Source: Polaromonas sp.
GTDB taxonomy: Bacteria > Pseudomonadota > Gammaproteobacteria > Burkholderiales > Burkholderiaceae_C
Direction: 5' to 3'
DNA: 35,107 bases
NCBI GenBank assembly: GCA_023259235.1
Contig: JAHFQQ010000002.1
Location: 1 to 35,107, forward strand
Part shown: piece after piece, positions 10,163 to 20,423 of the stretch
Layout of the letters: the number at the start of each line of letters is the position of its first letter
How positions within the stretch are numbered: the stretch's first letter is position 1
The notes under the pieces: model-generated
Told to the model about the DNA's origin: nothing
The model's database searches: none
Seen by the model: only the letters and a program-made list of their open reading frames with translations
Program-made: the position numbers and the translations under genes

Positions 10163-10264
10163 GAATTTAACCATCAGCTAAGGGGTTCATTTTTCGGGAG
10201 CAAGGTCAATTTGAGACGAGATGATTTGGAGCAAACCTTTGGTAGCTGCGCGCTCGTTCAGGAT

Positions 10265-11050
10265 TCAGCTCTGGAGAATCTTTCCCAAGCGGATGGTGAG
10301 TTGCGCTGCATCGCATTCGCCTGGCCCATTAACAGACTTGCCAACGCCCAGATAGCGCTCAGCGACCGTCCGATCGCCCAGCAATTCCTGACCCGTCCCC
10401 TCCAGCACCACTCGGCCTGTTTCCAACACATAGCCACGGTCGGCAATGGCCAGACTCTGCCGCGCGTTCTGCTCCGAGAGCAGGATCGCCATACCCTGCG
10501 CGCGCAGGCTTGCGACCAAGCGAAAAATATCGGTTACCAGCAGAGGCGACAGCCCGAGAGAGGGTTCATCGAGAAGCAAAAGGCGCGGCCGCGACATCAG
10601 ACCGCGGGCGATGGCAAGGATCTGCTGTTGCCCGCCCGACAAATGGCCCGCAGGCTGGCGTAGTCGCTCTCCCAGCGCCGGGAAGCGCGCATACATCTCT
10701 GCCAGCCGTCGGGACGATTCTTCCTCGCCCAGGCGCCGATGCGCGTTACCACCCAGCCAAAGGTTTTCCTCTATCGACAAGCCGGCAAACACTTGTCGGC
10801 CCTCTGGGACGTGAGCAAGGCCGCGCCTTACACGCTGACGTGTCGGCAACTGCTCGATGCGCTCACCGTTGAAGAGGATTTCCCCGCTCCGGACCTCTAG
10901 CAGCCCGGAGATCGCCTTGAGCAAGGTAGACTTGCCGGCACCATTGGCGCCGATCAAGGCGACAATCTCGCCGGCTTTCACGACCAGCCCGGCGTCATGC
11001 ACTACGGCGTCTGCGCCATAGCCTGTCGTGAGTCGGCGCACTTCGAGCAT
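10265..11050 (-). CDS. Liv-type (HAAT) ABC transporter ATPase, LivF-like
   Basis: GANGAGKS, VPEGRQVF, LSGGQQQ, LLLDEPSLGL. TGATG overlap with the upstream gene. Confidence 0.93.
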   Translation of the reverse strand: MLEVRRLTTGYGADAVVHDAGLVVKAGEIVALIGANGAGKSTLLKAISGLLEVRSGEILFNGERIEQLPTRQRVRRGLAHVPEGRQVFAGLSIEENLWLGGNAHRRLGEEESSRRLAEMYARFPALGERLRQPAGHLSGGQQQILAIARGLMSRPRLLLLDEPSLGLSPLLVTDIFRLVASLRAQGMAILLSEQNARQSLAIADRGYVLETGRVVLEGTGQELLGDRTVAERYLGVGKSVNGPGECDAAQLTIRLGKILQS

Positions 11051-11826
11051 CAAACAGCCTCTGCATCCTGGCCGATATAGGCCTCGATGACTCGGGCATC
11101 GGACTGCATTTGCGCGGGTGTCCCGCTCGCCAGGACCGTGCCTGCATCAAGCACGACCACCTGGTCAGCCACATCCATCACCAGCGACATGTTGTGTTCG
11201 ACTATAACGACGGTGATGTCGTTGGCGCGCACCGCACGGAGCAGAGCGGCGAGTTCGGCGGTTTCGCTGTCGTTAAGTCCTGCCGCAGGCTCGTCCAGAA
11301 GCAGCAGCCGCGGTCGAGCCATCAGGGCGCGCACGACTTCCAGCAGTTTCTGCGCGCCCATCGGGAGTTCGGCGGCAGAGATTTCGCAGTGTGGCGCGAG
11401 GCCGACCAGTTCGAGCAACGCTTTGGCGCGGGCGATGAGCACGCGCTCTTCGCGTCGCGCCGAAGCAAGCCACAGCATTTGCTGCATTGGCCCGTTGCGC
11501 ACCTGCAGGTGCCCGCCGATGAGAGCGTTTTCGAGCGTCGTCATGCCGGGAAAAATGCGCGCGCTCTGGAACGTTCGCACCAGCCCCAGCGCGGCAATGC
11601 GCTCCGGCGCGAGGTGTTTGAGCGACTTACCGTAGAACCGCACTTCGCCCGCGTCTGGTTGAAAAAAATTGGTAATGAGGTTAAACACTGTCGTCTTGCC
11701 GGCCCCGTTCGGGCCAATTAGCGCGGTCACGCTACCCTGCGGCACGGCAAAGGAGACATCGTCGACAGCGCGCAGACCGCCGAAGGTCTTGCCCAGGCCC
11801 GCAACTTCGAGAGCGGACGCGCTCAC
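11050..11826 (-). CDS. Liv-type ABC transporter ATPase, LivG-like
   Basis: [32 protein letters not shown]. Confidence 0.93.
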   Translation of the reverse strand: MSASALEVAGLGKTFGGLRAVDDVSFAVPQGSVTALIGPNGAGKTTVFNLITNFFQPDAGEVRFYGKSLKHLAPERIAALGLVRTFQSARIFPGMTTLENALIGGHLQVRNGPMQQMLWLASARREERVLIARAKALLELVGLAPHCEISAAELPMGAQKLLEVVRALMARPRLLLLDEPAAGLNDSETAELAALLRAVRANDITVVIVEHNMSLVMDVADQVVVLDAGTVLASGTPAQMQSDARVIEAYIGQDAEAV

Positions 11827-13730
11827 GGCATCCCTCCGGCCACCTGTGCCTGTGTTGCAGGCGCCATGCGAGCGCCGACTAGGCGGCTAAAGCGGTGGAC
11901 TATCGCCCCGTAAACCCCACCGGGAAGATAACGCACGGCCAGAACCAGCAGCGCGCCCGTGGCGAAGGTTTTGTACGCGGCAAGCGGTTGGATGATCGTC
12001 GGCAGCAGCGTGAGCAGCGCAGCGCCGAGAAGCGGCCCGACCAAGGTGCCCTCGCCGCCCAGGACGAGCATCGCGAGTAATCCCAACGAAAGCGGCGTAC
12101 CGACCATGTCCGGCGACAGAAAATGGAAATAAAAGGCGTACAGGCTGCCCGCAAGCGAGGCGAGCGCCGCGCTGATGGAGAGTGCGATCAGTTTGTAGCG
12201 GGCGACGTTGATACCCAGTGCGCTGGCCGCAGTCTGGTCGGTGCGCACTGCCTGGAGCGCCCGCCCGAAGCCAGAACGTACGCCGCCCAGCAACAAAAGC
12301 ACCAGGACGACAATCAACGCAATGAGGAAGTAGTACATTTTCGTCGTCGTGTCGAAGATCAGCGACCCGATCGAAAAGGACGGAACGCCAACGAGGCCCG
12401 AGGGGCCGCCGGTGATGTCAGTGAGGCCGACCGCGAACGAATCCACCAGCAGGCCGAAAGCGAGCGTGCCTAGAGCGAGGTAACTGCCACGCAGGCGCAT
12501 CGTGAACAACGAGAGCACAGTCGCGCAGGCGACCGAGAGCAGCATTCCGGCTATGGTCCCCGCCAGCGGCGACCAGCCGTAGCGGGTGGCGAGTATCGCG
12601 GCGGCATAGCCGCCGATCGCCATGAATCCTGCCTGTCCCAGACTCACCTGGCCGGTGTAGCCCATCAGGATGTCCAGGCCGAGCAGTGCAATGAACAGAA
12701 TGCAGGTAATGACGAGCGAACTCATCACGCTTACGGACGATATGAGACTGGGCAGCGCGACCAGCGCCAGCAAGGCTATTACCCCCAGAATTGCCGCTCT
12801 CCGACCTTGCAGGCGCACGATGGGCGGATAGATGCGGTGCTCCTCACGCACATCAGTGCGCCGCGCCAGGCCAGACGCGAATAATCCATTCGGCCGCCAC
12901 AGCAGCACGACGAGCAGCAGCCCGAAGGCGAGGGAATTTGCGAACAGCGAGGAAACATAGCCGGCCGCGAGTTGCTCGACGACGCCAAGCAGCAGGCCGC
13001 CCACGACTGCGCCGACGAAAGAACCGAGCCCGCCGATCGCAACTGCGATGAAGCCGAAAATCGTGAAAAAGCGCCCGCTGTCGAATTGCAGTGACATGAT
13101 CGGTCCGACCACTATGCCGCCCAAGCCGCCGATAAAGGCCGCGAGCACGAAAGTCGCCAAGGTCACCCGCGGTACGTCAATGCCCATCAGCCTGGCCGCT
13201 ATCGGATTCTCGGCGCAGGCGCGTAGCGCCTTGCCGGCAGCGGTGCGCATCAGGAGAAACCACAAACCGAAAATGATTGCTGCTGTCACTCCCGCAATCC
13301 AGAAGCTCTGCGTGCCAACGTTCGCACCAAGCAGCCGGATTGGCGCTTCACCCGAGAACGACGGCAGTGAATAGGGCTGACTGCCCCAGACCACAAGTGC
13401 AAGACCCTCCAGCAAGGTAAGCAGCCCTACGGTCATGATTAACATGCTGCTCATCGGCAGCCTGAATAGCGCGGGCACGAACACGGCAGCACCTATGGCA
13501 AGGCCGGCGAGCGCGGTAATCGCTGCCGCTCCCGCAGCGGCAAGCGCCACCGGCCAGCCGAAGCTCTCCTCAAGCGAATAGGTCAACAGCGCCCCCAGGA
13601 TGCAGAATGCGCCCTGCGACAGGTTGATGGCGCCGGTAACCCGAAAGACCAGCGAGAAGCCCAGGGCAACAATGGCAAACACGCTGCCTTGCAGCAACCC
13701 GCCAATGGCGATCTGCATAGCGTATTCCAT
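11823..13730 (-). CDS. Fused LivH-LivM-type ABC permease (635 aa)
   Basis: N-half LivH-like (ALGFSLVF...[22 protein letters not shown]); C-half LivM-like ([35 protein letters not shown]). Confidence 0.92.
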   Translation of the reverse strand: MEYAMQIAIGGLLQGSVFAIVALGFSLVFRVTGAINLSQGAFCILGALLTYSLEESFGWPVALAAAGAAAITALAGLAIGAAVFVPALFRLPMSSMLIMTVGLLTLLEGLALVVWGSQPYSLPSFSGEAPIRLLGANVGTQSFWIAGVTAAIIFGLWFLLMRTAAGKALRACAENPIAARLMGIDVPRVTLATFVLAAFIGGLGGIVVGPIMSLQFDSGRFFTIFGFIAVAIGGLGSFVGAVVGGLLLGVVEQLAAGYVSSLFANSLAFGLLLVVLLWRPNGLFASGLARRTDVREEHRIYPPIVRLQGRRAAILGVIALLALVALPSLISSVSVMSSLVITCILFIALLGLDILMGYTGQVSLGQAGFMAIGGYAAAILATRYGWSPLAGTIAGMLLSVACATVLSLFTMRLRGSYLALGTLAFGLLVDSFAVGLTDITGGPSGLVGVPSFSIGSLIFDTTTKMYYFLIALIVVLVLLLLGGVRSGFGRALQAVRTDQTAASALGINVARYKLIALSISAALASLAGSLYAFYFHFLSPDMVGTPLSLGLLAMLVLGGEGTLVGPLLGAALLTLLPTIIQPLAAYKTFATGALLVLAVRYLPGGVYGAIVHRFSRLVGARMAPATQAQVAGGMP

Positions 13731-13742
13731 GGCCAGTTGTAC

Positions 13743-14939
13743 CTATTTTGCGAGCGGGATGCCGGTTGGCTGACTCATGGTTTCCCATCTCTGCTTGGCG
13801 GCGTCCCAACGGGTCACGATGGCATTTTGCACGCTCAGTCCACGCTGCGGCACGCCGTCGAAGTCATACATGCCGTTGATGCCGGCATGGTTCTTAAGTT
13901 GTGCCAAATATTCGTGAACTTGCGCAGCACTTGCGTTCGGCGCGAGCTTGCGTAGCGCATCGATCAATAGCATAGCAGGACCCCAGGCGAGGTTCGCCGC
14001 CTCATCCGGCGCTGTGTTCTCGGCCCTGTACGCCGCATAAAACTCATCCTGCGCCTCCTTCACCTCGGGGGCGAGCTTCACGCTAGGATTCTGGAGAGCC
14101 CACAGGCCCACAGGGAAGTAGAGCTCCTTGGGCATGAAGGCTGCGTACTGTTTCATCTGGGTGTAGGTCATGTTGCCGTCGGTGGTGGCGACCGGCACAT
14201 TCAGCCCGGCCTGGACGACGCCCTTGAAGATAGTGGCAATCGGCGCGCCCGTGCTCCAGGCAATAAACGCTTGCGGTTGCGCTGCCTTGACCCGCTCGAT
14301 CTGCGCCGAGACACTCACGTCGGTCGGATTGAAGTGGACGCGTTCAACGAGTTTCATGTCCTTGTTCTCGGGCAACTTCAGGATATCGTCGATGCCGCGC
14401 TCGGCATCCTGGCCGCTGGCGTCAGTACTTGTGATGAGCGCAATGCGTGTCCAGCCCTTCAGGCGGAAATAGCGAATCAGAGCGTTCTCCAGGTCGTGAG
14501 TCGAGACGCTGGAAGTGAAAACGTAGCCGCCCTTTGGCGGATGGATTCCCGGGGACATGCAGTACATGACCGGGCCGTTCTGCACCAATGGCGCCACAGC
14601 ATTGCACATGGCAACGATCGACGGCCCGATCATCACGGCCGGATGTGAAGCAAGCACCTGATTCGCCATCTGAAGCGCCGTCTGCGGATTGGACTGGTCG
14701 TCGAAATAATTAAACTGCAAAGAACGACCATGGATGCCGCCGCCCGCATTCACCGATTTCTGTACCAGCTCAAGGGCATGCTGCTCAGCTTTGCCGAGAA
14801 ATGATGCGCCTCCCGTCTGCGGCAGGATCACGTTGATTTCATAATTCTCAGCGGAAGCGGGCGCCGCCGCGAGCATCGTGAATGAGGCAAAGAGTACGAG
14901 CATAAAGCCCACATTCGATTTCTTCCAACACTTACGCAT
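13743..14939 (-). CDS. Liv-type ABC periplasmic substrate-binding protein
   Basis: Signal peptide ending ASA, ILPQTG, NAGGGIHGR, DDQSNP. The family includes aromatic-acid binding proteins. Confidence 0.9.
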   Translation of the reverse strand: MRKCWKKSNVGFMLVLFASFTMLAAAPASAENYEINVILPQTGGASFLGKAEQHALELVQKSVNAGGGIHGRSLQFNYFDDQSNPQTALQMANQVLASHPAVMIGPSIVAMCNAVAPLVQNGPVMYCMSPGIHPPKGGYVFTSSVSTHDLENALIRYFRLKGWTRIALITSTDASGQDAERGIDDILKLPENKDMKLVERVHFNPTDVSVSAQIERVKAAQPQAFIAWSTGAPIATIFKGVVQAGLNVPVATTDGNMTYTQMKQYAAFMPKELYFPVGLWALQNPSVKLAPEVKEAQDEFYAAYRAENTAPDEAANLAWGPAMLLIDALRKLAPNASAAQVHEYLAQLKNHAGINGMYDFDGVPQRGLSVQNAIVTRWDAAKQRWETMSQPTGIPLAK

Positions 14940-15048
14940 TCCATGTCCCTCCTGTGGTTTCGACGAATTGTAAAAAATGTTGCGGATGGACCATCATCTA
15001 GACTATTAATCATTCGGAAAATATCAACCGCACACAAAGTGCGTACCG

Positions 15049-15155
15049 AATACTAAACTGGCTCTACGGAAAAGCAACGCGCTATTGCAGCGTGTATTGG
15101 AAATAAAAGTCCATAAGCCGGACTATTTGTCAGGTCAAAGCACAAGTTCATGCCT
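15049..15155 (-). promoter_or_regulatory. Promoter/operator block copy A, facing the Liv-type operon
   Basis: Reverse complement of 18301-18407. Contains the operator GTCCATAAGCCGGAC (15109-15123) and TTGCTT-N16-TAGTAT. Confidence 0.8.
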
Positions 15156-15157
15156 AA

Positions 15158-15199
15158 CAGGCTGCTGAAATACCTCGCCCCAAGGTCTACCTTTGAGCC
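15158..15199. mobile_element. Possible orphan IS5-family end
   Basis: CTAA followed by CAGGCTGCTGAAATA, resembling IS5-family ends and their target tetranucleotide. No partner end found. Confidence 0.3.
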
Positions 15200-15267
15200 T
15201 GAATCGCCCCGGGAATGAACTGACGCCCAGAAGTTAGACAGTTGCGAAACAGCTAATCATGCGGTAT

Positions 15268-15320
15268 TGTCGGCGCCGATTGAATATTGAGCCACCCTGC
15301 CGATCCAATAATGAGCCAGG
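15268..15320. repeat. IS21-family right end with tandem transposase-binding repeats
   Basis: Starts TG, followed by the repeats GCCGATTGAATATTGAGCCA and GCCGATCCAATAATGAGCCA, downstream of istB. Confidence 0.8.
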
Positions 15321-15466
15321 GCGGGTTGCCAATTCTTGAATCAGCAACTGTGGATAAGTGTACTCAATAGCTGGTTTTTACTTGTGTCTCCTTGTCTTTG
15401 ATCGTGAGCAGGGGGAAAGGAGCGAAGGGCGTAGCCCGTAGCGGATTTCCCCCTGCTTGTGGCGCT

Positions 15467-16294
15467 TCAGAACGGCTCGTCGGGCGCCGCTGCTGTTGGC
15501 ACCGCTTTACTGCCTTTGCGCTCGCTTTCCCTGGCCTTGATGCGCGTCTTCGCAGCCATGGTGCTGTGCCTGAACCGGTAGGACTCGTTGCCCGTCTCCA
15601 CGATGTGGCAGTGGTGAGTCAGTCGGTCCAGCAGCGCCGTGGTCATCTTGGCATCTCCAAACACCGCCGACCATTCCGAGAAGCTCAGGTTGGTGGTGAT
15701 CACCACGCTGGTGTGCTCGTACAGCTTGGAGAGCAGGTGAAACAGCAAGGCGCCACCGGCTTGACTAAAGGGCAAATAGCCCAGCTCGTCCAGGATCACC
15801 AGGTCCATGAGCATCAGTGCCAGCGCAATGCGTCCGGCTTTGCCCTCGCGCTTTTCTTTCTCTAATTCATTGACCAAATCGACCGTGGAATAAAAGCGTA
15901 CCCGCTTACCCTTTGCTGCAATACCAGCCACCCCAATGGCCGTGGCCAAATGCGTCTTGCCAGTACCCGGCCCACCAATGAGCACGGCGTTTTGCGCCGT
16001 GTCGGTGAACTCTAGCGTACTCAATTGCTTGACCAGTTTTTGATCCACTTTGGCGGCCTCGAAGTCAAAGCCCACCAGGTCACGGTGCAGCGGGAACTTG
16101 GCCGCTTTCATCTGGTGGCGCACCGATGCAAGGGCCCGCTGTGCGTGTTCGGCTTGCAGCAAGTGTTCGATCAACCAACGCAAGGTTTGTATGCCCACAT
16201 CGGTTTGCTTACCCTCGTGTGTTGTCAGCTCATCCCATGCCCCGGCCATGCCATGCAGGCGCAGCTCTTTGAGCTCGGTCGTGATATCACGCAT
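15467..16294 (-). CDS. istB: IS21-family helper ATPase IstB (apparently intact, 275 aa)
   Basis: [15 protein letters not shown]..., [37 protein letters not shown]. Overlaps the IstA tail (...[20 protein letters not shown]). Confidence 0.92.
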   Translation of the reverse strand: MRDITTELKELRLHGMAGAWDELTTHEGKQTDVGIQTLRWLIEHLLQAEHAQRALASVRHQMKAAKFPLHRDLVGFDFEAAKVDQKLVKQLSTLEFTDTAQNAVLIGGPGTGKTHLATAIGVAGIAAKGKRVRFYSTVDLVNELEKEKREGKAGRIALALMLMDLVILDELGYLPFSQAGGALLFHLLSKLYEHTSVVITTNLSFSEWSAVFGDAKMTTALLDRLTHHCHIVETGNESYRFRHSTMAAKTRIKARESERKGSKAVPTAAAPDEPF

Positions 16295-16384
16295 GGGGCA
16301 CCTCCACCATGGCGTCACCGCGCAGGCTGTCGTAGCGCCCCGTATTGGCCACTGGCGCCTCCTGCAAAAGCAAATTGCTCTCAA

Positions 16385-17662
16385 ACGCGTCAGCACATCG
16401 GTGAGATAGGCCATCGGTTCGATGTTGTTCATCTTGGCCGTCTGAATCAAACTCATGATGTCGGCGGCGCGCGCGCCTGCGGCCAGGCTGCCACTGAAGA
16501 GCCAATTCTTGCGCCCCAGCGCCCATGGCCGAATCTGGTTCTCGATGCGGTTGTTGGCGTCGCCCGCACCCGACGCAAACAAGGCCTTATACCCCCCGTA
16601 ATCGTCCACCACCAGGTGACCACTCCAACGCTTTATCTTGGGCGGATCATCGACCTTTTGATTGATCCGACGCCTTGGAGGCTCAAACTGCAGGAAGTCC
16701 CTGGCATGCGCACCACTGCGCCCCTCCTTGATCTGGTACACCACCGCGTCAACGGTTTCATGTGCGCCCGTGGCATAGGCCCAGATTTAGCCACGCGTCT
16801 TCTCGCCCTTGCGCGCCAGTATCGTGATGGGAGACTCGTCGGCATGCAGCACCTGGGCTCGCAATAATTGGGTCTTGAGCGCCTGTGCAATCGGTGCCAG
16901 CGCAGCCCCGCAGGCGCCCACCCAATCGGCCAGGGTCGAACTGCTGAGTTGAATACCGGCACGCTCGTAAATCTCACCCTGGCGGTACAGCGGCAAATGG
17001 TCGTCATACTTGGCGATCAGCACCTGGGCCAGCAAGCGCGCCGTGGGGATGCCTCCATCGATGATCTGCGTGGCAACAGCCTCTTGGCGCAGATGGGCGC
17101 AGCACTTGCAGGCCCACACGCCACGGATGTGGCGCTCCACCCGGAACTCGCCTGGCACATAGTCCAGCCGCTCAGAGACGTCCTGGCTGATGCGGCTTAA
17201 TGGATTGCCGCAGCCACAGGTGGTGTTCTCTGGCTCATGGGCAATGTCCACGCGGGCAAAGTTGGCGGGCAGTGGCTGGCGCGTGGGACGAGCCTTGGGC
17301 GTAGCAGGCGTGGTTTTGATGCCCAGTTGGGCCAACTGCTGCATGGCCGCACCCAGGTCCTCTGCATTGGCCTCCTCAAACAGCTTGGCTTGCACGGCGT
17401 CCATGGCTTCGGTCTTGGCACCAAAGCGCAGGTGGCGCAGCAGGCGAATCTCCACAGTGAGGGCGTCAATCCTGGCTTGACGCAGTTGGAGTTCGGATTG
17501 CAGTTGGGATTCGTGATGGGTGCTGTGTTTTGCATCCTGCGCAATGCGCTCCATGAGGCTTTTCGCCAGCGTGCGCAGAGTGCTTGGGTCCATGCCATCA
17601 AGGGCGCTGACGTCATGCGACACAGTGGCTGCAAATGGTGTGGATGAAGGCTCCAAGGGCAT
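16385..17662 (-). pseudogene. tnpC: IS66-family transposase TnpC with a nonsense mutation and internal deletion
   Basis: RFGAKTE, CGCG/CKCC zinc motif, KYDDHLPLYRQ, LHADES, TRG*IWAY (TAA 16787-16789). DDYGGY joins almost directly to [20 protein letters not shown]. Confidence 0.9.
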
Positions 17663-17690
17663 GCGAGCAATTGTGCAAAACACCAAGAGA

Positions 17691-17722
17691 AAGGGCAATT
17701 GGTGGATGCACCAATTGCCCTT
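17691..17722. repeat. 14-bp-stem hairpin upstream of tnpC
   Basis: AAGGGCAATTGGTG-GATG-CACCAATTGCCCTT. Confidence 0.75.
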
Positions 17723-17754
17723 GTTTGCTCTGTATTGACGTGTTGTTTTACGTC

Positions 17755-18109
17755 ATGGATAACAATGACCTCGCTTGCAGCTCTCAAGGGTTGACATTCC
17801 ATCCTTGTCAAGTTTGCGCCGCCAGACTATGACCTGGTTGGAATTGCGGATGTCGTAGATCGCGGCCACCTGACGGCTCGAAAGCTATTCCCGTTCTTGG
17901 TGGGACAGCACCTACAGCTTGAATTGCGCGCTGTAGATGCTGTGCTTGGGTCGCAAGCCGTCGATACCATGCAGCCGGTAGTGGCTCACCCAGGTGCGAA
18001 CCTTCTCCTCGGACACCGACCAGCGCCGTGCCAGCAGCTTCGCTCCGCCGTCACCGGCCAAAAAGCTCTTGACTACCTTGAGCTTGAACGCCGTTTCGTA
18101 CTTTGCCAT
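17755..18109 (-). pseudogene. IS3-family (IS150-like) OrfA with two TAG nonsense codons, truncated
   Basis: MAKYETAFKLKVV...YSAQFKL*VLSHQERE*LSSRQVAAIYDIRNSNQVIVWRR; tandem HTH repeats. Confidence 0.85.
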
Positions 18110-18167
18110 GAAACCCCCTTGAAGTTCGTCCAACTTCTGGGGGTCAGTTCAAACCCGGGGCGATTCA

Positions 18168-18290
18168 AACTGCTGAATATCGTTGCCCGAATTCGCCGGG
18201 GTGATGGAGTCGCGTTCGGGGTTGAGAGTGGCCGCGCCCAGCGGTGACCTGTGACGATCAGCCACCGCGCCAGCGGTTTAGTTCAGCGTG
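18168..18290 (-). pseudogene. C-terminal fragment of another IS3-family transposase
   Basis: Minus strand reads SPLGAATLNPERDSITPANSGNDIQQ, resembling IS3 OrfB tails (RW...W...VTLNPERDS). Confidence 0.5.
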
Positions 18291-18300
18291 CATTGCGCCG

Positions 18301-18407
18301 AGGTATGAGATTGTGCTTTAACCTGACAAATAGTCCGGCTTATGGACTTTTATTTCCAATACACGCTGCAATAGCGCCTTGCTTTTCTGTCAGAGCAGAT
18401 TAGTATT
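18301..18407 (+). promoter_or_regulatory. Promoter/operator block copy B, facing the NitT/TauT ABC-ubiD2 operon
   Basis: 18321-18377 is identical to the reverse complement of 15079-15135. Operator GTCCGGCTTATGGAC at 18333-18347; TTGCTT-N16-TAGTAT. Confidence 0.8.
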
Positions 18408-18454
18408 AGGAAAAAAATTCATAGCGATGATGAATATTTCAAAATAATCAATGT

Positions 18455-18469
18455 ATCCATAATATGGAA
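18455..18469. promoter_or_regulatory. TCCA-N5-TGGA operator copy
   Basis: ATCCATAATATGGAA, between the putative -10 and the RBS of the binding-protein gene. Confidence 0.65.
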
Positions 18470-18516
18470 TATTTTCTATGGTACTTGTGATTCATATTAA
18501 CTAAAAGGTGGAGACA

Positions 18517-19584
18517 ATGGCTATGTTGCGCACTACTGTGCTTGGATTGACGTTATCACTGTTTTGCTTGGGAGCCAGCGCTCAAGCCAACAAGCTTGGC
18601 GTCGCTGCCGAGCTGATACCTATTCGGGCCGGCGTCGTTAATTCGAGCAGCGATGCGGGTTTTTTCATCGCAGACAAAAAGGGGTATTTCCGCGACGAGG
18701 GATTGGCCGTTAGCTTCACGCCGTTCAACTCGGCAGCGAAGATGGTGGCGCCGCTTGGCGCGGGCCAACTGGACGTGGGCGGGGGATCAACGTCGGCAGG
18801 GCTTTACAACGCAATCGCGCGCGGCATCAATATCAAGATCGTCGCCGATAAGGGTTCAACGCCTCCAGGATATGGGTACCAGCCACTTCTGGTGCGCAAG
18901 GATCTGGTCGACAGCGGGCGCTTCAAGAGTTTGAAGGATTTGAAAGGCATGAAGATCGCAGGTAGCGCGCCGGGCAGCGCGTCGACGTCGACGCTTAACG
19001 AAATCCTGGAAAAGGCGGGACTCAAGACCGCCGACGTTGAGCGCGTTTACCTGGGATTTCCCCAGCACGTGATGGCTTTGCAGAACAAAGCGGTGGACGC
19101 AGCGTTGACCACCGAACCGTCCGCCACCATGGCAGTGCAAAGCGGCGCGGCGGTGCGGTTCATCGGCGACGATGAGGTCTATCCGAATCATCAGCTTGCC
19201 GTGGTGCTCTATTCGGGACCGTTCGCCCGGGAAAAGCCGGAGGCGGCTCGCCGCTTCATGCGCGCTTACCTGCGCGGCGTGCGCGACTATAACGACGCCT
19301 TGAAGGATGGCAAGCTTGCCGGGGCAAACGCTGCGGAGGTCATTTCTATTCTCACGGAAGATACACATATTAAGGATCCGGCCGTGTTCCGGGCCATGAC
19401 GCCAAACGGCTGCAATCCGAACGGGCTCGTCAACATGTCCAGTCTGGAGAAGGACTTGCAGTTCTACAAGGAAGAGGGACTGATCAAGGGCCAGGTGAGC
19501 GTCACGCAGGCTGTGGACAATACATTCGTCGAGATGGCGTTAAAGGATCTAGGACCCTATCAGAGGAAGAGGGCTGACCAGTGA
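18517..19584 (+). CDS. NitT/TauT/SsuA-family ABC substrate-binding protein
   Basis: Signal peptide ending ASA, IADKKGYFRDEGL, LGAGQLDVG, LKDLKGMKIA, ALQNKAVDAA. Confidence 0.9.
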   Translation: MAMLRTTVLGLTLSLFCLGASAQANKLGVAAELIPIRAGVVNSSSDAGFFIADKKGYFRDEGLAVSFTPFNSAAKMVAPLGAGQLDVGGGSTSAGLYNAIARGINIKIVADKGSTPPGYGYQPLLVRKDLVDSGRFKSLKDLKGMKIAGSAPGSASTSTLNEILEKAGLKTADVERVYLGFPQHVMALQNKAVDAALTTEPSATMAVQSGAAVRFIGDDEVYPNHQLAVVLYSGPFAREKPEAARRFMRAYLRGVRDYNDALKDGKLAGANAAEVISILTEDTHIKDPAVFRAMTPNGCNPNGLVNMSSLEKDLQFYKEEGLIKGQVSVTQAVDNTFVEMALKDLGPYQRKRADQ

Positions 19585-20423
19585 GTGACCTTTCAATGCA
19601 GAGCACGTTGGTGCAGAGCGGGGACTTGTCGACGAAAATCCGGATCAGTAACCTCAGCAAAGTATTCCAGACGCGGCGCGGGCCGTTCGTTGCCCTTGAT
19701 AACGTGTCCATCGACATTCCGGTGGGCTGCTTCTTCACAATTGTCGGACCCAGCGGCTGTGGCAAGACAACTCTGTTACGGATATTGGGTGGACTCGAGG
19801 CGCCGTCGAGTGGCAGCTTCGAGATCGTGCATGCCGGCACGGACCGGCCGCAGAATTCGATGGTGTTCCAGGGCGACTCCCTCTTTCCGTGGATGACGGT
19901 TTGGCAAAACGCGGCATACGGACTAGCGATGCGGCATCGGCCTGCTGCCGAAATCCAGGAGATTGTCGGTCATTATCTTGCGAGAACCGGGCTGACGCAC
20001 TTTGCCGATACATATCCGCACCAGTTGTCAGGCGGTATGCGCCAGCGCGTGTCGATTGCACGGGCCTTTGCTAACGATCCGGACATTTTGCTGATGGACG
20101 AACCGTTCTCTGCACTGGATGAGCAGAACAAGCTTCTGCTTCAGCACGAATTACTGCGCATCTGGGAAGAAACCCGCAAGACGGTTTTGTTCATCACTCA
20201 CAGCGTGGATGAAGCGGTCACGCTCGGCGATCGCGTTATGGTGATGAGTGCACATCCGGGCAAGGCCAAGATGATCCTGGATGTGCCCTTTGAACGTCCA
20301 CGCGACGTGCTTGAACTGCGGGCGCACCAAGAATACGGAGAGCTTGTGTACAAAATTTGGGGCGAGTTGCGCGGAGAAGTGCTGCGTGCCCGTGCCCAGG
20401 ACGAGAAGGGAACACGGTCATGA
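19581..20423 (+). CDS. NitT/TauT-family ABC ATPase
   Basis: GPSGCGKT, LFPWMTV, YPHQLSGGMRQR, LLMDEPFSALD, FITHSVDEA. Confidence 0.94.
   Translation: MSDLSMQSTLVQSGDLSTKIRISNLSKVFQTRRGPFVALDNVSIDIPVGCFFTIVGPSGCGKTTLLRILGGLEAPSSGSFEIVHAGTDRPQNSMVFQGDSLFPWMTVWQNAAYGLAMRHRPAAEIQEIVGHYLARTGLTHFADTYPHQLSGGMRQRVSIARAFANDPDILLMDEPFSALDEQNKLLLQHELLRIWEETRKTVLFITHSVDEAVTLGDRVMVMSAHPGKAKMILDVPFERPRDVLELRAHQEYGELVYKIWGELRGEVLRARAQDEKGTRS

Larger units (their letters stand above)
15200..18167 (-). mobile_element. Nested IS mosaic: outer 14-bp IS3-type ends enclosing an IS3 (IS150-like) shell that contains IS21 and IS66 remnants
   Basis: Outer IR TGAATCGCCCCGGG at 15200 and inverted at 18154-18167. Inner IR TGAACTGAC(G/C)CCCAGAAGTT(A/G)GAC at 15216 and inverted ending at 18151. 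Confidence 0.88.

Noticed and set aside
15216-15320. CRISPR-like or iteron-like repeats
   Set aside because: Only two 20-bp repeats, explained as IS21 end repeats. There is no spacer array and no cas or rep gene.
16787-17914. Stop-codon readthrough or recoding to explain the in-frame TAA/TAG codons
   Set aside because: Both TAA and TAG terminate normal genes in this window, and the stops lie in decaying IS genes. Simple nonsense mutation suffices.
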